Notes: generated by a model from the letters alone, not told the origin. Shown: positions 8,326-18,018, counted from the first letter of the stretch. The stretch is DNA of 31,005 nucleotides from Bacteroidales bacterium (GCA_900771045.1 CAAGMM010000123.1:1-31005), one strand, 5' to 3'. Numbers and translations: made by a program.

Positions 8326-8353
8326 CAAAAATAATAATTTTAGATTAAATTTG
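8326..8353. promoter_or_regulatory. Back-to-back divergent -7 elements: TATTTTTG on - for M23, TAAATTTG on + for alaS
   Basis: 8326-8333 caaaaata and 8346-8353 taaatttg both match TAnnTTTG. Confidence 0.65.
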
Positions 8354-8393
8354 CAGTCTTTTTAGAAGGAAAAAGATTAAAAAAATATATACA

Positions 8394-11021
8394 ATGTTAA
8401 CTGCCAACGAAATACGTGAAAAATTTTTAAGTTTTTTTGAATCAAAACGGCATCTTATCGTGCCGTCGTCACCAATCGTGGTCAAAAACGACCCAACGCT
8501 GATGTTCACCAACGCCGGTATGAACCAGTTTAAGGATATTTTCCTCGGCAATAAGGCTCCGAAGACGCCTCGCGCCACAGATGTCCAAAAATGCCTGAGA
8601 GTCAGTGGGAAACACAACGACCTTGAGGAAGTCGGACACGACACTTACCATCATACGATGTTCGAGATGATGGGAAACTGGTCGTTCGGCGACTATTTCA
8701 AAGAAGACGCCATCGCCTGGGCTTGGGAATTTCTGACGGAAGTCATCGGCCTTGACAAAGACCGCCTGTACGTAACCGTTTTCGGCGGTGATGAGAAAGA
8801 CGAACTCGGCATCGACACCGAAGCCTACGACTTCTGGAAGAAGCATATCGACGAATCGAGGATAATCTACGGAAATAAAAAGGATAATTTCTGGGAGATG
8901 GGCGAACAGGGTCCCTGCGGGCCTTGCTCCGAAATACACATCGACATCCGCGACGACGAAGAACGTAAAGCCGTCAACGGAAGAGACCTCGTCAACAAAG
9001 ACAACCCGGAAGTCATCGAGATATGGAACCTCGTCTTTATGCAGTTCAACAGGCTCGCAAACGGCACACTCGTCAGCCTTCCCGCCTGCCACGTCGATAC
9101 CGGGATGGGCTTCGAACGCCTCGTCAGAGTGGTTCAGGGTAAAAAATCCAATTACGACACCGACGTCTTCCAACCCATCATAAGCAAAATAGCCTCAGTC
9201 TCGGGATTCAAATACGGCGGAGACGAAAAACGCGACATCGCGATGCGCGTCATTGCCGACCACCTCAGAGCCGTCTCGTTCGCCATCACCGACGGACAAC
9301 TGCCGTCGAACAACGGAGCCGGATACGTCATCAGACGCGTCCTGCGCCGCGCCGTGCGTTACGGATTCACATTCCTCAACCTCAACGAACCTTTCGTCTT
9401 TAACCTGCTCCCCACACTCGTCGAAGAAATGGGCGGACAATATCCCGAACTTAAAACACAACAACAACTCGTCTCAAAAGTCATATTTGAAGAAGAATCG
9501 TCATTCCTGCGCACTTTGTCCCAGGGAATACGCCGGTTCGAGGCATATATCGAACAAAAAGACAAGAAAATCATCGACGGCGACTTCGCTTTCGAACTTT
9601 TCGACACTTACGGCTTTCCCATCGACCTCACCAACCTTATGGCGGCGGAAAAAGGACTCTCCGTCGATATGGAAGGCTTCAAAAAAAACCTCGAAGCACA
9701 GAAAAACCGCTCCCGCAAAGCCGCCGAAAAAGTGTCGGGAGACTGGGTGATGGTGAACGAAAACACGACGACGGTCTTCACCGGCTACGAAAAAACCGAA
9801 GAAACGGCGAAAATAGTCCGTTTCCGCGAAGTGGCCGCGAAAAACAAGAAACATTTTGAAATCGTCTTAGACAAAACGCCTTTTTATGCGGAAATGGGAG
9901 GCCAGGTCGGCGATACGGGAACCATTTCGTCATCTGATGAGACAATACGGATTCTCAACACCGTCAAGGAAAACGACCTCATCATCCATATTGCGGATAT
10001 ACTTCCGGAAAATCCCGAAAACGAGTTTCACGCCGTGGTTGATAAAGACCGCCGCAACCGCATCGAGGCCAACCACACCGCCACCCACCTTATGCACGCC
10101 GCCCTGCGCCAAGTCCTCGGCACGCACGTCGAACAAAAAGGCTCGCTCGTCAACGACGAACGACTCCGCTTCGACTTCAGCCACTTCGCAAAAATGACGG
10201 AAGACGAAATCCGCCAAGTCGAAAACGTCGTCAACAGAAAGATACGCGAAGACCTCAAAAACGAAACCGCCGCTGACGTTCCCGTCGAAAAGGCGAAGGA
10301 AATGGGCGCTATGGCGCTGTTCGGGGAAAAATACGGCGACAAGGTCCGCGTCGTGACGTTTGGCGAAGACTTCTCACGCGAACTGTGTGGAGGCACGCAC
10401 GCGGCATCGACGGGACGCATCGGAGTCTTCAAAATTCTGTCGGAAAGTGCCATCGCAGCCGGGATAAGGCGTATTGAAGCCGTCACAGGAGAAGCTGTGA
10501 CAGACTATCTCAACGACCAAATCGAACAGATAACGAAAATCAGGGAAATCGTCAAGACACCGGATGTCGTCAAAGCCGTTGAAGCACTTTCATCGCAAAA
10601 CGCCGCGCTTCAGAAGAAAATCGAATCGATGATGCAGGAAAAGGCCGAGGCAGACGCAGATAATCTTCTTGAGAAAGCCACCGCTTCCGGCGACTTCAAA
10701 ATCGTCATCGCGACACAAAACACCGACGTCAATCAGATGAAGAACATCGCCACGGCCATCAGCGGCAAAGACAAGAACGCGATTGTCCTGCTCAGCGGCA
10801 TCAACGACGGAAAACCGTCAATATGCTTGGCGTTACCGCAAATTTTCGTTGACACACGCAACATCGACGCACCTTCACTGATTCGCCTCGCAGCCAAGGA
10901 AATACAAGGCGGAGGCGGCGGACAAAAGACGCTCGCCACAGCCGGGGGGAAAAATCCGAATGGCCTTGAAAACGCCGTCAACATACTGAAAAATAAAATT
11001 TTTGATTCTTTTTCTATGTGA
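8394..11021 (+). CDS. alaS: Alanine--tRNA ligase
   Basis: DPTLMFTNAGMNQFK, HHTMFEMMGNWSFGDYFK, DTGMGFERL, editing motifs HTATH and ELCGGTH, C-terminal GGGGG; 875 aa. Confidence 0.99.
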   Translation: MLTANEIREKFLSFFESKRHLIVPSSPIVVKNDPTLMFTNAGMNQFKDIFLGNKAPKTPRATDVQKCLRVSGKHNDLEEVGHDTYHHTMFEMMGNWSFGDYFKEDAIAWAWEFLTEVIGLDKDRLYVTVFGGDEKDELGIDTEAYDFWKKHIDESRIIYGNKKDNFWEMGEQGPCGPCSEIHIDIRDDEERKAVNGRDLVNKDNPEVIEIWNLVFMQFNRLANGTLVSLPACHVDTGMGFERLVRVVQGKKSNYDTDVFQPIISKIASVSGFKYGGDEKRDIAMRVIADHLRAVSFAITDGQLPSNNGAGYVIRRVLRRAVRYGFTFLNLNEPFVFNLLPTLVEEMGGQYPELKTQQQLVSKVIFEEESSFLRTLSQGIRRFEAYIEQKDKKIIDGDFAFELFDTYGFPIDLTNLMAAEKGLSVDMEGFKKNLEAQKNRSRKAAEKVSGDWVMVNENTTTVFTGYEKTEETAKIVRFREVAAKNKKHFEIVLDKTPFYAEMGGQVGDTGTISSSDETIRILNTVKENDLIIHIADILPENPENEFHAVVDKDRRNRIEANHTATHLMHAALRQVLGTHVEQKGSLVNDERLRFDFSHFAKMTEDEIRQVENVVNRKIREDLKNETAADVPVEKAKEMGAMALFGEKYGDKVRVVTFGEDFSRELCGGTHAASTGRIGVFKILSESAIAAGIRRIEAVTGEAVTDYLNDQIEQITKIREIVKTPDVVKAVEALSSQNAALQKKIESMMQEKAEADADNLLEKATASGDFKIVIATQNTDVNQMKNIATAISGKDKNAIVLLSGINDGKPSICLALPQIFVDTRNIDAPSLIRLAAKEIQGGGGGQKTLATAGGKNPNGLENAVNILKNKIFDSFSM

Positions 11022-11037
11022 TTTAGATTATTTTTTG

Positions 11038-11045
11038 TAACTTTG
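11038..11045 (+). promoter_or_regulatory. -7 promoter element TAACTTTG
   Basis: Consensus match 20 nt upstream of the GTG start at 11066. Confidence 0.55.
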
Positions 11046-11065
11046 TATTTCAGTTTTTCATAAAA

Positions 11066-11752
11066 GTGAGAAAGTTTGTACATATAGTGTTGTCGTTTTT
11101 GATGTTTACATTGATTTTTAGTTGCACTAAAAATGATGAAACAACGATAGTTTTCTTGGGGGAAGAAGAGTATATCAGCGATTACTCCGAAGTGATACCG
11201 TCTTTCATCGCACGGACCGACACCGCCCTTCAGACTCACGACTTTTACCTTGACTCCGTGGAGAAAGTCATGTGTAATATCCTTGAAAAGCCGAATATGC
11301 CGGAAGGATATATACCGGCTGACATTGAAGGCAACTATACCGTTTCACCAAAAACAAGAGTTAAGTCTAATTATGCGTTTTGGCCGCTTTCTGTCACCGA
11401 ACCCGATTTCGAATTCTCGTTTTCATCACAACATAATGGGATTTGCGGGTATTACATAGATGAAGCCGGCAACCAGCACTCCATCGACACCGTCTTCGTC
11501 AGAGGCTATAACAAAGGTGTCACTGCTTATTTCATAGAGGAAAAAACGGTGCAGCAGCAGTCATATAACACATACATCAAACGCGCGGTATTAGTCGCCG
11601 GCACCATCTGCGACGAAGGTATAGAAAATATGTGTTATTTCACCGTTGTCCTTGATGCAAAAGATGATTCACAAGGTGCGATAGACAATCTCCCAATAGG
11701 GACTTATTTTATTTATAAAGACGGCGACAGTCTTGCTCAAAGAATCTTGTAA
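11066..11752 (+). CDS. Hypothetical lipoprotein
   Basis: Hydrophobic signal with lipobox LIFS|C followed by TKNDE; predicted beta-rich body; family not recognised. Confidence 0.75.
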   Translation: MRKFVHIVLSFLMFTLIFSCTKNDETTIVFLGEEEYISDYSEVIPSFIARTDTALQTHDFYLDSVEKVMCNILEKPNMPEGYIPADIEGNYTVSPKTRVKSNYAFWPLSVTEPDFEFSFSSQHNGICGYYIDEAGNQHSIDTVFVRGYNKGVTAYFIEEKTVQQQSYNTYIKRAVLVAGTICDEGIENMCYFTVVLDAKDDSQGAIDNLPIGTYFIYKDGDSLAQRIL

Positions 11753-11763
11753 AAAATGATGCG

Positions 11764-12552
11764 ATGAAGAAGATTTTTTTAGTCATATTCATAATCTCTA
11801 TATGTTTCGATTGTGCCGTTGCTCAGATGAATGCCAGACACAAATCACGCAGGCAGACTAAAGAAATTAACCCCGCTATGGTTTTAGGTGTCAAAGGCGG
11901 CGGCGACATCGCCACGATGAAATATACATACGACAAAGTCAGCGACTTGTCCAAAAGCACTGTGCGCCCCGCGTTTGGTGTCTTTCTTGAAATACTGGTG
12001 CATAAATATTTCTCAATCCAACCCGAAGTCATGTATATGGGACGCGGAATGTCGGCATCATACACTTACAAACAAGACTATCACGTTGATTATAACATTA
12101 GATCGAACTACACCGACTTGCGGCTTCTTTTTATCGAGAAATATCCGCTCGGAAATACAATACCCTTTATCTTTGTTGCCCCGGACGTGGCTCTCCGCCT
12201 CGGTGGAGAGATATCTGTCAAACAAAATGGTCTTGAAATTCCGGAAGCTACTGTTGATATAGGTAAATCCAATATGAATTCTTTCGATTTCGGAGTATTG
12301 GTCGGAGCCGGCGTAAGCCATTATTTCGTGTTTCGGACATTCAGCATTGCAGCCAAAATCGAAGTGGGATATAATTTCGGATTGATAGACAACTTCTCTT
12401 CTATGGAACATGATGAAACGGCTATACCGACGAATGTTTACGCCTATAAACATCACGGCGAACGCTTCAACAGAAGCCTTGAACTTATGATAAGCATAGG
12501 CGTACCACTCAAATCCAAAAGCAAAGACTGCTACGGATTCGGGAAATGGTAA
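11764..12552 (+). CDS. Outer-membrane beta-barrel protein (OMP_b-brl_2 / porin family)
   Basis: Signal peptide, LGVKGG, FSIQPEVMYMGRG, FDFGVLVGAGV and YNFGLID strands. Confidence 0.8.
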   Translation: MKKIFLVIFIISICFDCAVAQMNARHKSRRQTKEINPAMVLGVKGGGDIATMKYTYDKVSDLSKSTVRPAFGVFLEILVHKYFSIQPEVMYMGRGMSASYTYKQDYHVDYNIRSNYTDLRLLFIEKYPLGNTIPFIFVAPDVALRLGGEISVKQNGLEIPEATVDIGKSNMNSFDFGVLVGAGVSHYFVFRTFSIAAKIEVGYNFGLIDNFSSMEHDETAIPTNVYAYKHHGERFNRSLELMISIGVPLKSKSKDCYGFGKW

Positions 12553-12557
12553 CGATA

Positions 12558-13136
12558 TTATTTCACGCCGTTTAGAAAGTCAACGAGTTTACGCGTAGCC
12601 ATTCCTCTGTGGCTTATCTTGTTTTTGACATCGGAAGCCATCTCGGCAAAGGTCTCGTTATAACCTTCCGGACGAAATATCGGATCATAACCGAAGCCGG
12701 CGTCACCGTGTATCTCAGTCGTTATCACGCCATCAACACTGCCCTCGAAAAAATACCGCTGCCCGTCCATATTGAGGCAGATTACAGTACGGAAACGAGC
12801 CTTACGGTTTTTAACGCCTGTCATCACACGCAGCATTTTCTCCACATTGTCGCGATAAGAACAACCTTCGCCCGCAAAACGCGCCGTATATACGCCTGGA
12901 GCCCCGTTTAACGCCTCTACTTCAAGCCCCGTGTCATCTGCAAAACAGTCAAAATTAAATTTTTTGAGGACATAATCCGCCTTGATTTGGGCATTCTCCC
13001 GCAAGGTCAAACTGTCCTCGACAATATCTTCCGTACAGCCTATCTCAGACAAGCCGACGACTTCAAAACCTTTTATGATTGACTTTATTTCTTCTAATTT
13101 GTGCAAATTATGCGACGCAAAAACGAGTTTTTTCAT
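12558..13136 (-). CDS. rdgB: Non-canonical purine NTP pyrophosphatase (RdgB/HAM1)
   Basis: FASHNLHKLEE, ENAQIKA, FADDTGLEV, GFGYDPIF and KNKISHR motifs. Start ATG at 13136 overlaps the ung stop (ATGA). Confidence 0.95.
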   Translation of the reverse strand: MKKLVFASHNLHKLEEIKSIIKGFEVVGLSEIGCTEDIVEDSLTLRENAQIKADYVLKKFNFDCFADDTGLEVEALNGAPGVYTARFAGEGCSYRDNVEKMLRVMTGVKNRKARFRTVICLNMDGQRYFFEGSVDGVITTEIHGDAGFGYDPIFRPEGYNETFAEMASDVKNKISHRGMATRKLVDFLNGVK

Positions 13137-13816
13137 ATTAAATTCCAATTTATAGGTTTTATTCCGTTTTGTTCAAGATATTGATTGGTTTTTGAAAAAT
13201 GACGACAGCCGAAAAAGCCACGAGAAGCCGATAAAGGCGAAGGATGTACGCTTTTCAGGACAAGGTGTTTGGAAAGGTCTATCAAAGATTCCTTCGCGAT
13301 GGCGTAATTTCCCCAAAGGATGAAGACGAGATGCTCCTTCTTTTCTGAAAGGGCCTTTATAGCTGCGTCTGTGAATCTCGTCCAGCCTATACCAGCGTGC
13401 GAAGCGGCCTGATTAGCGCGTACAGTCAACGACGCGTTGAGCAATAAGACGCCTTCCTCCGCCCACTTTGAAAGATTGCCGCTTTTCGGCATATCCATGC
13501 CTATATCGTCGTGTAATTCCTTAGAAATATTACGAAGACTCGGCGGAAACATAACATTATCCGGCACGGAAAAAGCCAATCCGTGAGCCTGACCATCACC
13601 GTGATAAGGATCCTGACCTATTATCACAACTTTCACAGCATCAAACGGAGTTGAATTAAACGCATTGAATATCAATAAAGAAGGCGGATAGACGACATAT
13701 TTTTTCTTTTCCTCAAGAAGATTTTTTTTCAATTCGGAAAAATAATCGGCCTCAAACTGCGTTTTAAGTACTTGATACCATCCTTCTTCAATATCCGGTT
13801 TTCTGATTTGTGCCAT
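13133..13816 (-). CDS. ung: Uracil-DNA glycosylase (family 1)
   Basis: GQDPYH, GLAFSV, GVLLLN and HPSPLS motifs. Confidence 0.97.
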   Translation of the reverse strand: MAQIRKPDIEEGWYQVLKTQFEADYFSELKKNLLEEKKKYVVYPPSLLIFNAFNSTPFDAVKVVIIGQDPYHGDGQAHGLAFSVPDNVMFPPSLRNISKELHDDIGMDMPKSGNLSKWAEEGVLLLNASLTVRANQAASHAGIGWTRFTDAAIKALSEKKEHLVFILWGNYAIAKESLIDLSKHLVLKSVHPSPLSASRGFFGCRHFSKTNQYLEQNGIKPINWNLI

Positions 13817-13855
13817 AAAAAAAATTTAATATGGCAAAATTCGGCAAAAAATGCG

Positions 13856-13863
13856 TACATTTG
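13856..13863 (+). promoter_or_regulatory. -7 promoter element TACATTTG for the small lipoprotein gene
   Basis: Consensus match 35 nt upstream of ATG 13899, followed by an A-rich leader. Confidence 0.6.
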
Positions 13864-13898
13864 TCATCGTTATAGAAAAATATTAAACTCAAAAAAAA

Positions 13899-14027
13899 AT
13901 GAAGACTAAAATTTTATTGATTATTGCGGTTTTTGGTTTTGTGATGTTGTTCACGTCGTGTAAAAGTTCCGAATCTTGTCCGGCATACGGTGATTACAGC
14001 AAGTATCAGATTGACAGAACCAAGTAG
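13899..14027 (+). CDS. Small 42-aa lipoprotein, missing from the ORF track
   Basis: MKTKILLIIAVFGFVMLFTS|CKSSESCPAYGDYSKYQIDRTK*: basic N-terminus, hydrophobic core, lipobox, with its own promoter and a downstream hairpin. Confidence 0.82.
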   Translation: MKTKILLIIAVFGFVMLFTSCKSSESCPAYGDYSKYQIDRTK

Positions 14028-14038
14028 AAGGTAACTAC

Positions 14039-14066
14039 AAAAAAAGGCATCTCTCTCGAGATGCCT
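14039..14066 (-). terminator. Intrinsic terminator between convergent genes
   Basis: AGGCATCTC-tctc-GAGATGCCT stem; the A run on its left gives a U tract on the - strand. Confidence 0.8.
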
Positions 14067-14093
14067 CCGAACCAAAATAACAAATATTATCGT

Positions 14094-17087
14094 TTAATAA
14101 ACAACGATTCTTGTAGTGTTAGTATTTCCATCTGACTGCAGGCGGAGTATATAAGCGCCGCGTTTGACATCAGAAAGGTTAACCGTCGATGTATGGTTGC
14201 CCGCAGGATAAGTTCCCAAATTCATTTCTTTCACGAGGCGGCCGCCGAGGTCGTAAATCTGGCAGTTGACACTGGCTTTGTCGTTAACTTCAAAGCTGAC
14301 AGTGGCATTGTTTCTAACAGGGTTCGGATAGACCGACACCGTAGGCTCTATCTCAACACTTTCATCTTCATCGTCGGCAATCGGTGCATTTTCAACCTTG
14401 ACACAGTAGTTGTCGCATTTATAGGCGCCCCTTCCATAGGTAGCCGCATAAATCATACCTTGGTTTTTGATTCCCGGGTATGCAATCAATGTCGTATCAC
14501 CGACTTCGTCAACAAGGATTCTGTTTCTGTCGGCACGGTTGGACATCATCTGCTGCTTCAGATCCATAACCGGGACGTTGTCCATTCCCGCACTCTTGAA
14601 CCATTGTTCGCTGCTGAGACCGCGGTAATAAAGGCCGTTGTCGGTGCCAACCATAATTCTGTAATTCTCTCCCTCCATACCGTTTGTCCTTGCTATGACG
14701 CTTGAATAGACAGGCATTGCGGGAAGGTTGTTCTGTATAGAGACAAACTCAGGTTCTGCATCTGTTGCGTTTTCCGACAAAAAGACATAGTCGCTATTGC
14801 CATAGTTTCCTAAAGTAAGGAGAACCTCGCTAGCATCGTTGGGGTTTACGGAGATACTTGTGATGGCTTGTGCGAAGCTGCAAACCGAATCTGTGATTTC
14901 CGGATTAAATGTCTTCACGATAGTAATGACGGTGTCGTAACTTGTGTCTCCAACGACGATAATCTCATTGATGACTGTATCCGGCCTATAGACTATTTCG
15001 TTGAAGTTGGCGTATCTGTGAAGAGTACCTTCGGCAGTACCGACCCAGACGATGTCGCCGTTGGAAGACTGTGCTATAGCTGTCGGGAGGCCGGGGCAGT
15101 CATAACTATGCCATCGTGTGACCTCATCAAAGAAGAGTGCGTCGCGAGTGGCACGGAGATGACCTTTAGTGGCGACAAAGAATTTAGAGGCTATTGAGTC
15201 TGCAACGATTACGGAGTCACCAGGAAGCAGTTGTTTATCAAGATTATAGTAAAGAGGGTAGTCGCGAGTGTTGCTCGCCACGGTGTAAAGACCGGGGAAG
15301 AGCGTGTCTTTTTCCGTTCTGTTTTTCAAGACGGAATACATACTGGTATCGACATTATTGTAAATTTCCTCGAGGAGGATAGGTGTCCTGAAGGCATCTG
15401 CATTGTCGAACACGACTGCCTGGTCAGCGACGTTATAGTTAAAGTTGGACATATCATAGTCGATTTCGCCCTTGTTTTCGGTTCTATAGACTGGTGACAG
15501 GCCTGATTTTCCGCCAATTGTGACGAACATGACTTCTCCATCTATTGTTGATATTGCACTTGGGCCGCCGGCCATGTAATATGAGAATATACCGTCGTTA
15601 GGGTATATTTTAGTACCAGTGGTAATATTATTGACGTTTTCATCGCCGAGGATAAGCACTGTACCATAGTCGAGGTTACCGGTTGTCACCCTGTTCACAT
15701 AACCTGAGACTCCGATATTGGTGAGACGAGCCACGGAGGTGTGTTGTTCCGGTGTCACGAAGTAGCGGTTTGTGTTTTTGTATGAATACTGGCTTTGACG
15801 GTATTCGGCCTTGAAGACGCCGCCTTCTGTTCCGACATAGAACGAATTTTCATCCTTTGAACCGAAGACGATGCTTTGAATACCATAATGGCAGAACACG
15901 AAACGTGTGGCATCAGATGACAGCGAGGTGTATTCATACAGGCCGTCTGAAATTTTAGTGGGAACGAACACGTCGTCGTTTGTCTTGTCTTCAAACACCC
16001 ACAGGTTTTCGCCGCCTATGAACACTCTGCGCGGGTTTTTCGGATGCACGGTCATCGCAAAATCGAAGTTGCCGCGCCCTGCGAAGATGTCATACTCAGA
16101 AGTCTTCTTCATAGCCAGCTCCCAAGTCTCACCGCCGTCTTTTGTGAACCATATCTCATCGCTCCTGCCGTCTTTTTCGGTAAGGGCAATATAGACGTAG
16201 TTGTTATCTGAAGGGGATATCGCTATCACCTTGTTATAACCATAGAACTGGTCAACGACTTCAAAGCCGCTGCCTCTGTCAACGTAGAGGTTTGTGAAGA
16301 CGTCGCTCGACGTGACCTCGTCCATAGTGGCTAACTTAATCGAGCCGCTCGTCTTTATGCTGCGGACGTTCTGGTTAAGTGGATTACCGTCTTTATCTGA
16401 AACGACGGTCCAGGAGGTTCCGCCGTCATGGCTGATCATAAGGCCTCCGTTTGTAGCGGCATAGAGGTCGGAGCCTAAAATGGACAACTCGTTGACGAAC
16501 TGCCAGCCGGTGTTGTTTTCCGTCGGGACAGTCGCTTCAAGTTGCACGAAATGTTCGCCGTCTTCCGACTTATAGACGCCGGTGCCGCGGAAGCTTGTCT
16601 CGTAATTCAGCTGGGACAGGCCGTTGTGTTCGTAACTCGTGCGGCCGTCGCCGGTACCGACATAGATATGGCCGTTTTCATCCTGAACCATAGAGCTGAC
16701 CATCATATTGACGTCGCCGACGAGTTTCCAGGTGATACCCCCGTTGACCGTCTTGAAAATCGAACCGCCGAGGGTTCCGATAATCACGGTGTTTTGTTCG
16801 GGATCCTGATTGTCGTAAACGATGCCCCTCGTAAGTGAGCCGATGTTGTCGGGACCCATGTTCGTCCAGTTCAGGGACACTTCGCCTCTGACCGGTGCTG
16901 AGTAAGCCTTGATGAGGTCTGAAGGATCAATCAGGCCTGTTGCCTGGTTTGCACGGATACTTTTGAAGTAATCTTGTGCGGTAGCGTTGTCTTCACGCGG
17001 GACGTACTTGCCTTGGGCATTGACGAAAGCCGGTATCAGCATCAACGCAGCCAAAAGCATTCCAAACGGTAAAAATCTTTTCTTCAT
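14094..17087 (-). CDS. T9SS type A sorting-domain protein with BNR/Asp-box (VPS10-like) beta-propeller repeats
   Basis: Signal peptide, WTNMGPDNIG, Asp-boxes TVNGGITW / SEDGEHF / SHDGGTSW / TKDGGETW, AATYGRG, and CTD VYPNPV...IYDLGGRLV...GAYILRL...RIVVY. Confidence 0.9.
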   Translation of the reverse strand: MKKRFLPFGMLLAALMLIPAFVNAQGKYVPREDNATAQDYFKSIRANQATGLIDPSDLIKAYSAPVRGEVSLNWTNMGPDNIGSLTRGIVYDNQDPEQNTVIIGTLGGSIFKTVNGGITWKLVGDVNMMVSSMVQDENGHIYVGTGDGRTSYEHNGLSQLNYETSFRGTGVYKSEDGEHFVQLEATVPTENNTGWQFVNELSILGSDLYAATNGGLMISHDGGTSWTVVSDKDGNPLNQNVRSIKTSGSIKLATMDEVTSSDVFTNLYVDRGSGFEVVDQFYGYNKVIAISPSDNNYVYIALTEKDGRSDEIWFTKDGGETWELAMKKTSEYDIFAGRGNFDFAMTVHPKNPRRVFIGGENLWVFEDKTNDDVFVPTKISDGLYEYTSLSSDATRFVFCHYGIQSIVFGSKDENSFYVGTEGGVFKAEYRQSQYSYKNTNRYFVTPEQHTSVARLTNIGVSGYVNRVTTGNLDYGTVLILGDENVNNITTGTKIYPNDGIFSYYMAGGPSAISTIDGEVMFVTIGGKSGLSPVYRTENKGEIDYDMSNFNYNVADQAVVFDNADAFRTPILLEEIYNNVDTSMYSVLKNRTEKDTLFPGLYTVASNTRDYPLYYNLDKQLLPGDSVIVADSIASKFFVATKGHLRATRDALFFDEVTRWHSYDCPGLPTAIAQSSNGDIVWVGTAEGTLHRYANFNEIVYRPDTVINEIIVVGDTSYDTVITIVKTFNPEITDSVCSFAQAITSISVNPNDASEVLLTLGNYGNSDYVFLSENATDAEPEFVSIQNNLPAMPVYSSVIARTNGMEGENYRIMVGTDNGLYYRGLSSEQWFKSAGMDNVPVMDLKQQMMSNRADRNRILVDEVGDTTLIAYPGIKNQGMIYAATYGRGAYKCDNYCVKVENAPIADDEDESVEIEPTVSVYPNPVRNNATVSFEVNDKASVNCQIYDLGGRLVKEMNLGTYPAGNHTSTVNLSDVKRGAYILRLQSDGNTNTTRIVVY

Positions 17088-17137
17088 ATTTGGTGTATTA
17101 AATTATTATCTACAAAACATTTTACACTTTTAGGGTG

Positions 17138-17169
17138 TAAAGTTACGACAAATAATTTATACTTGCAAA
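17138..17169 (-). promoter_or_regulatory. Promoter TTTG-N20-TAACTTTA for the T9SS gene
   Basis: caaa at 17166-17169 (-33) and taaagtta at 17138-17145 (-7, one mismatch), with canonical spacing. Confidence 0.55.
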
Positions 17170-17229
17170 TATTTTTTATTTTTTTTTCGTCATTTTTTTC
17201 GAGTTTTTTTTTTCTCAAAAAAAAAACTA

Positions 17230-18018
17230 TTAAAACCTCACCATATTATCGGCCGGAAGCCAGCCGTTGCTGCCGTTGGCGATCTTTATCTTATACCAGT
17301 CGTCGACGACTTCCTGAATTTCGACTTTGGTACCTTCGTGAAGCACGAATTTATCGACGCTGTTGTCGGAGGGAGCGCTTTTGACAGTGGTCGTCGGCAC
17401 GGTTATTATGGCCTCATTATGTGTCGTAAGGTATTCGTTGCGGCTGTGACTCGCCCTGAATCCCATGATTGTCAGCACAAACATTATGATGACGGCGAAG
17501 AACATCGTCTTCTTCAGACTTCTGTTTCGTGCTGAAAAATAGAAGAACGTGAATATCAGAAGTACCGCAAGCGACACCAAAGACAGCGTCGTCCATTGTC
17601 TTGCGTCGAATGCGTTTACGATGTTTTTCCACCATTTGGACAGGAAAAGTTCCGGCATTGGTTCTATCTTGTCGGAAGTATGCAGTTTGGCGATGTCGAG
17701 ATTTTGCCGCGCATCTTCATAATTCGGATTTATTTTCAATGCTTTCTCATAATTAAGTATAGCCATCGCGTAGTCGTTCGACTTGTAAAAGGCGTTACCC
17801 ATATTATAATATAGTGTAGCCGACTCCATTCCCGACTTCAGAATTTCCCTGTAGAAGATTATGGCCGTATCGTATTTGTTTTCATTGTAATAGGCGTTTC
17901 CCTTTATCAAAAGGTCCTCGGGAGTTTGGGCGTTTCCGTTTTGTGTTTTTGCCGGCGAAAGGGCGAAAAACATTAAAAACGACAGGAAAAATATGTTTTT
18001 GATTTTCATAACTGGCAT
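17230..18018 (-). CDS. batE: BatE (TPR plus C-terminal SH3-like domain)
   Basis: TPRs (LYYNMGNAFYK, AILNYEKAL), two TM segments, FVLHEGTKV...W.KI..ANG..GW; position in the operon. Confidence 0.9.
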   Translation of the reverse strand: MPVMKIKNIFFLSFLMFFALSPAKTQNGNAQTPEDLLIKGNAYYNENKYDTAIIFYREILKSGMESATLYYNMGNAFYKSNDYAMAILNYEKALKINPNYEDARQNLDIAKLHTSDKIEPMPELFLSKWWKNIVNAFDARQWTTLSLVSLAVLLIFTFFYFSARNRSLKKTMFFAVIIMFVLTIMGFRASHSRNEYLTTHNEAIITVPTTTVKSAPSDNSVDKFVLHEGTKVEIQEVVDDWYKIKIANGSNGWLPADNMVRF

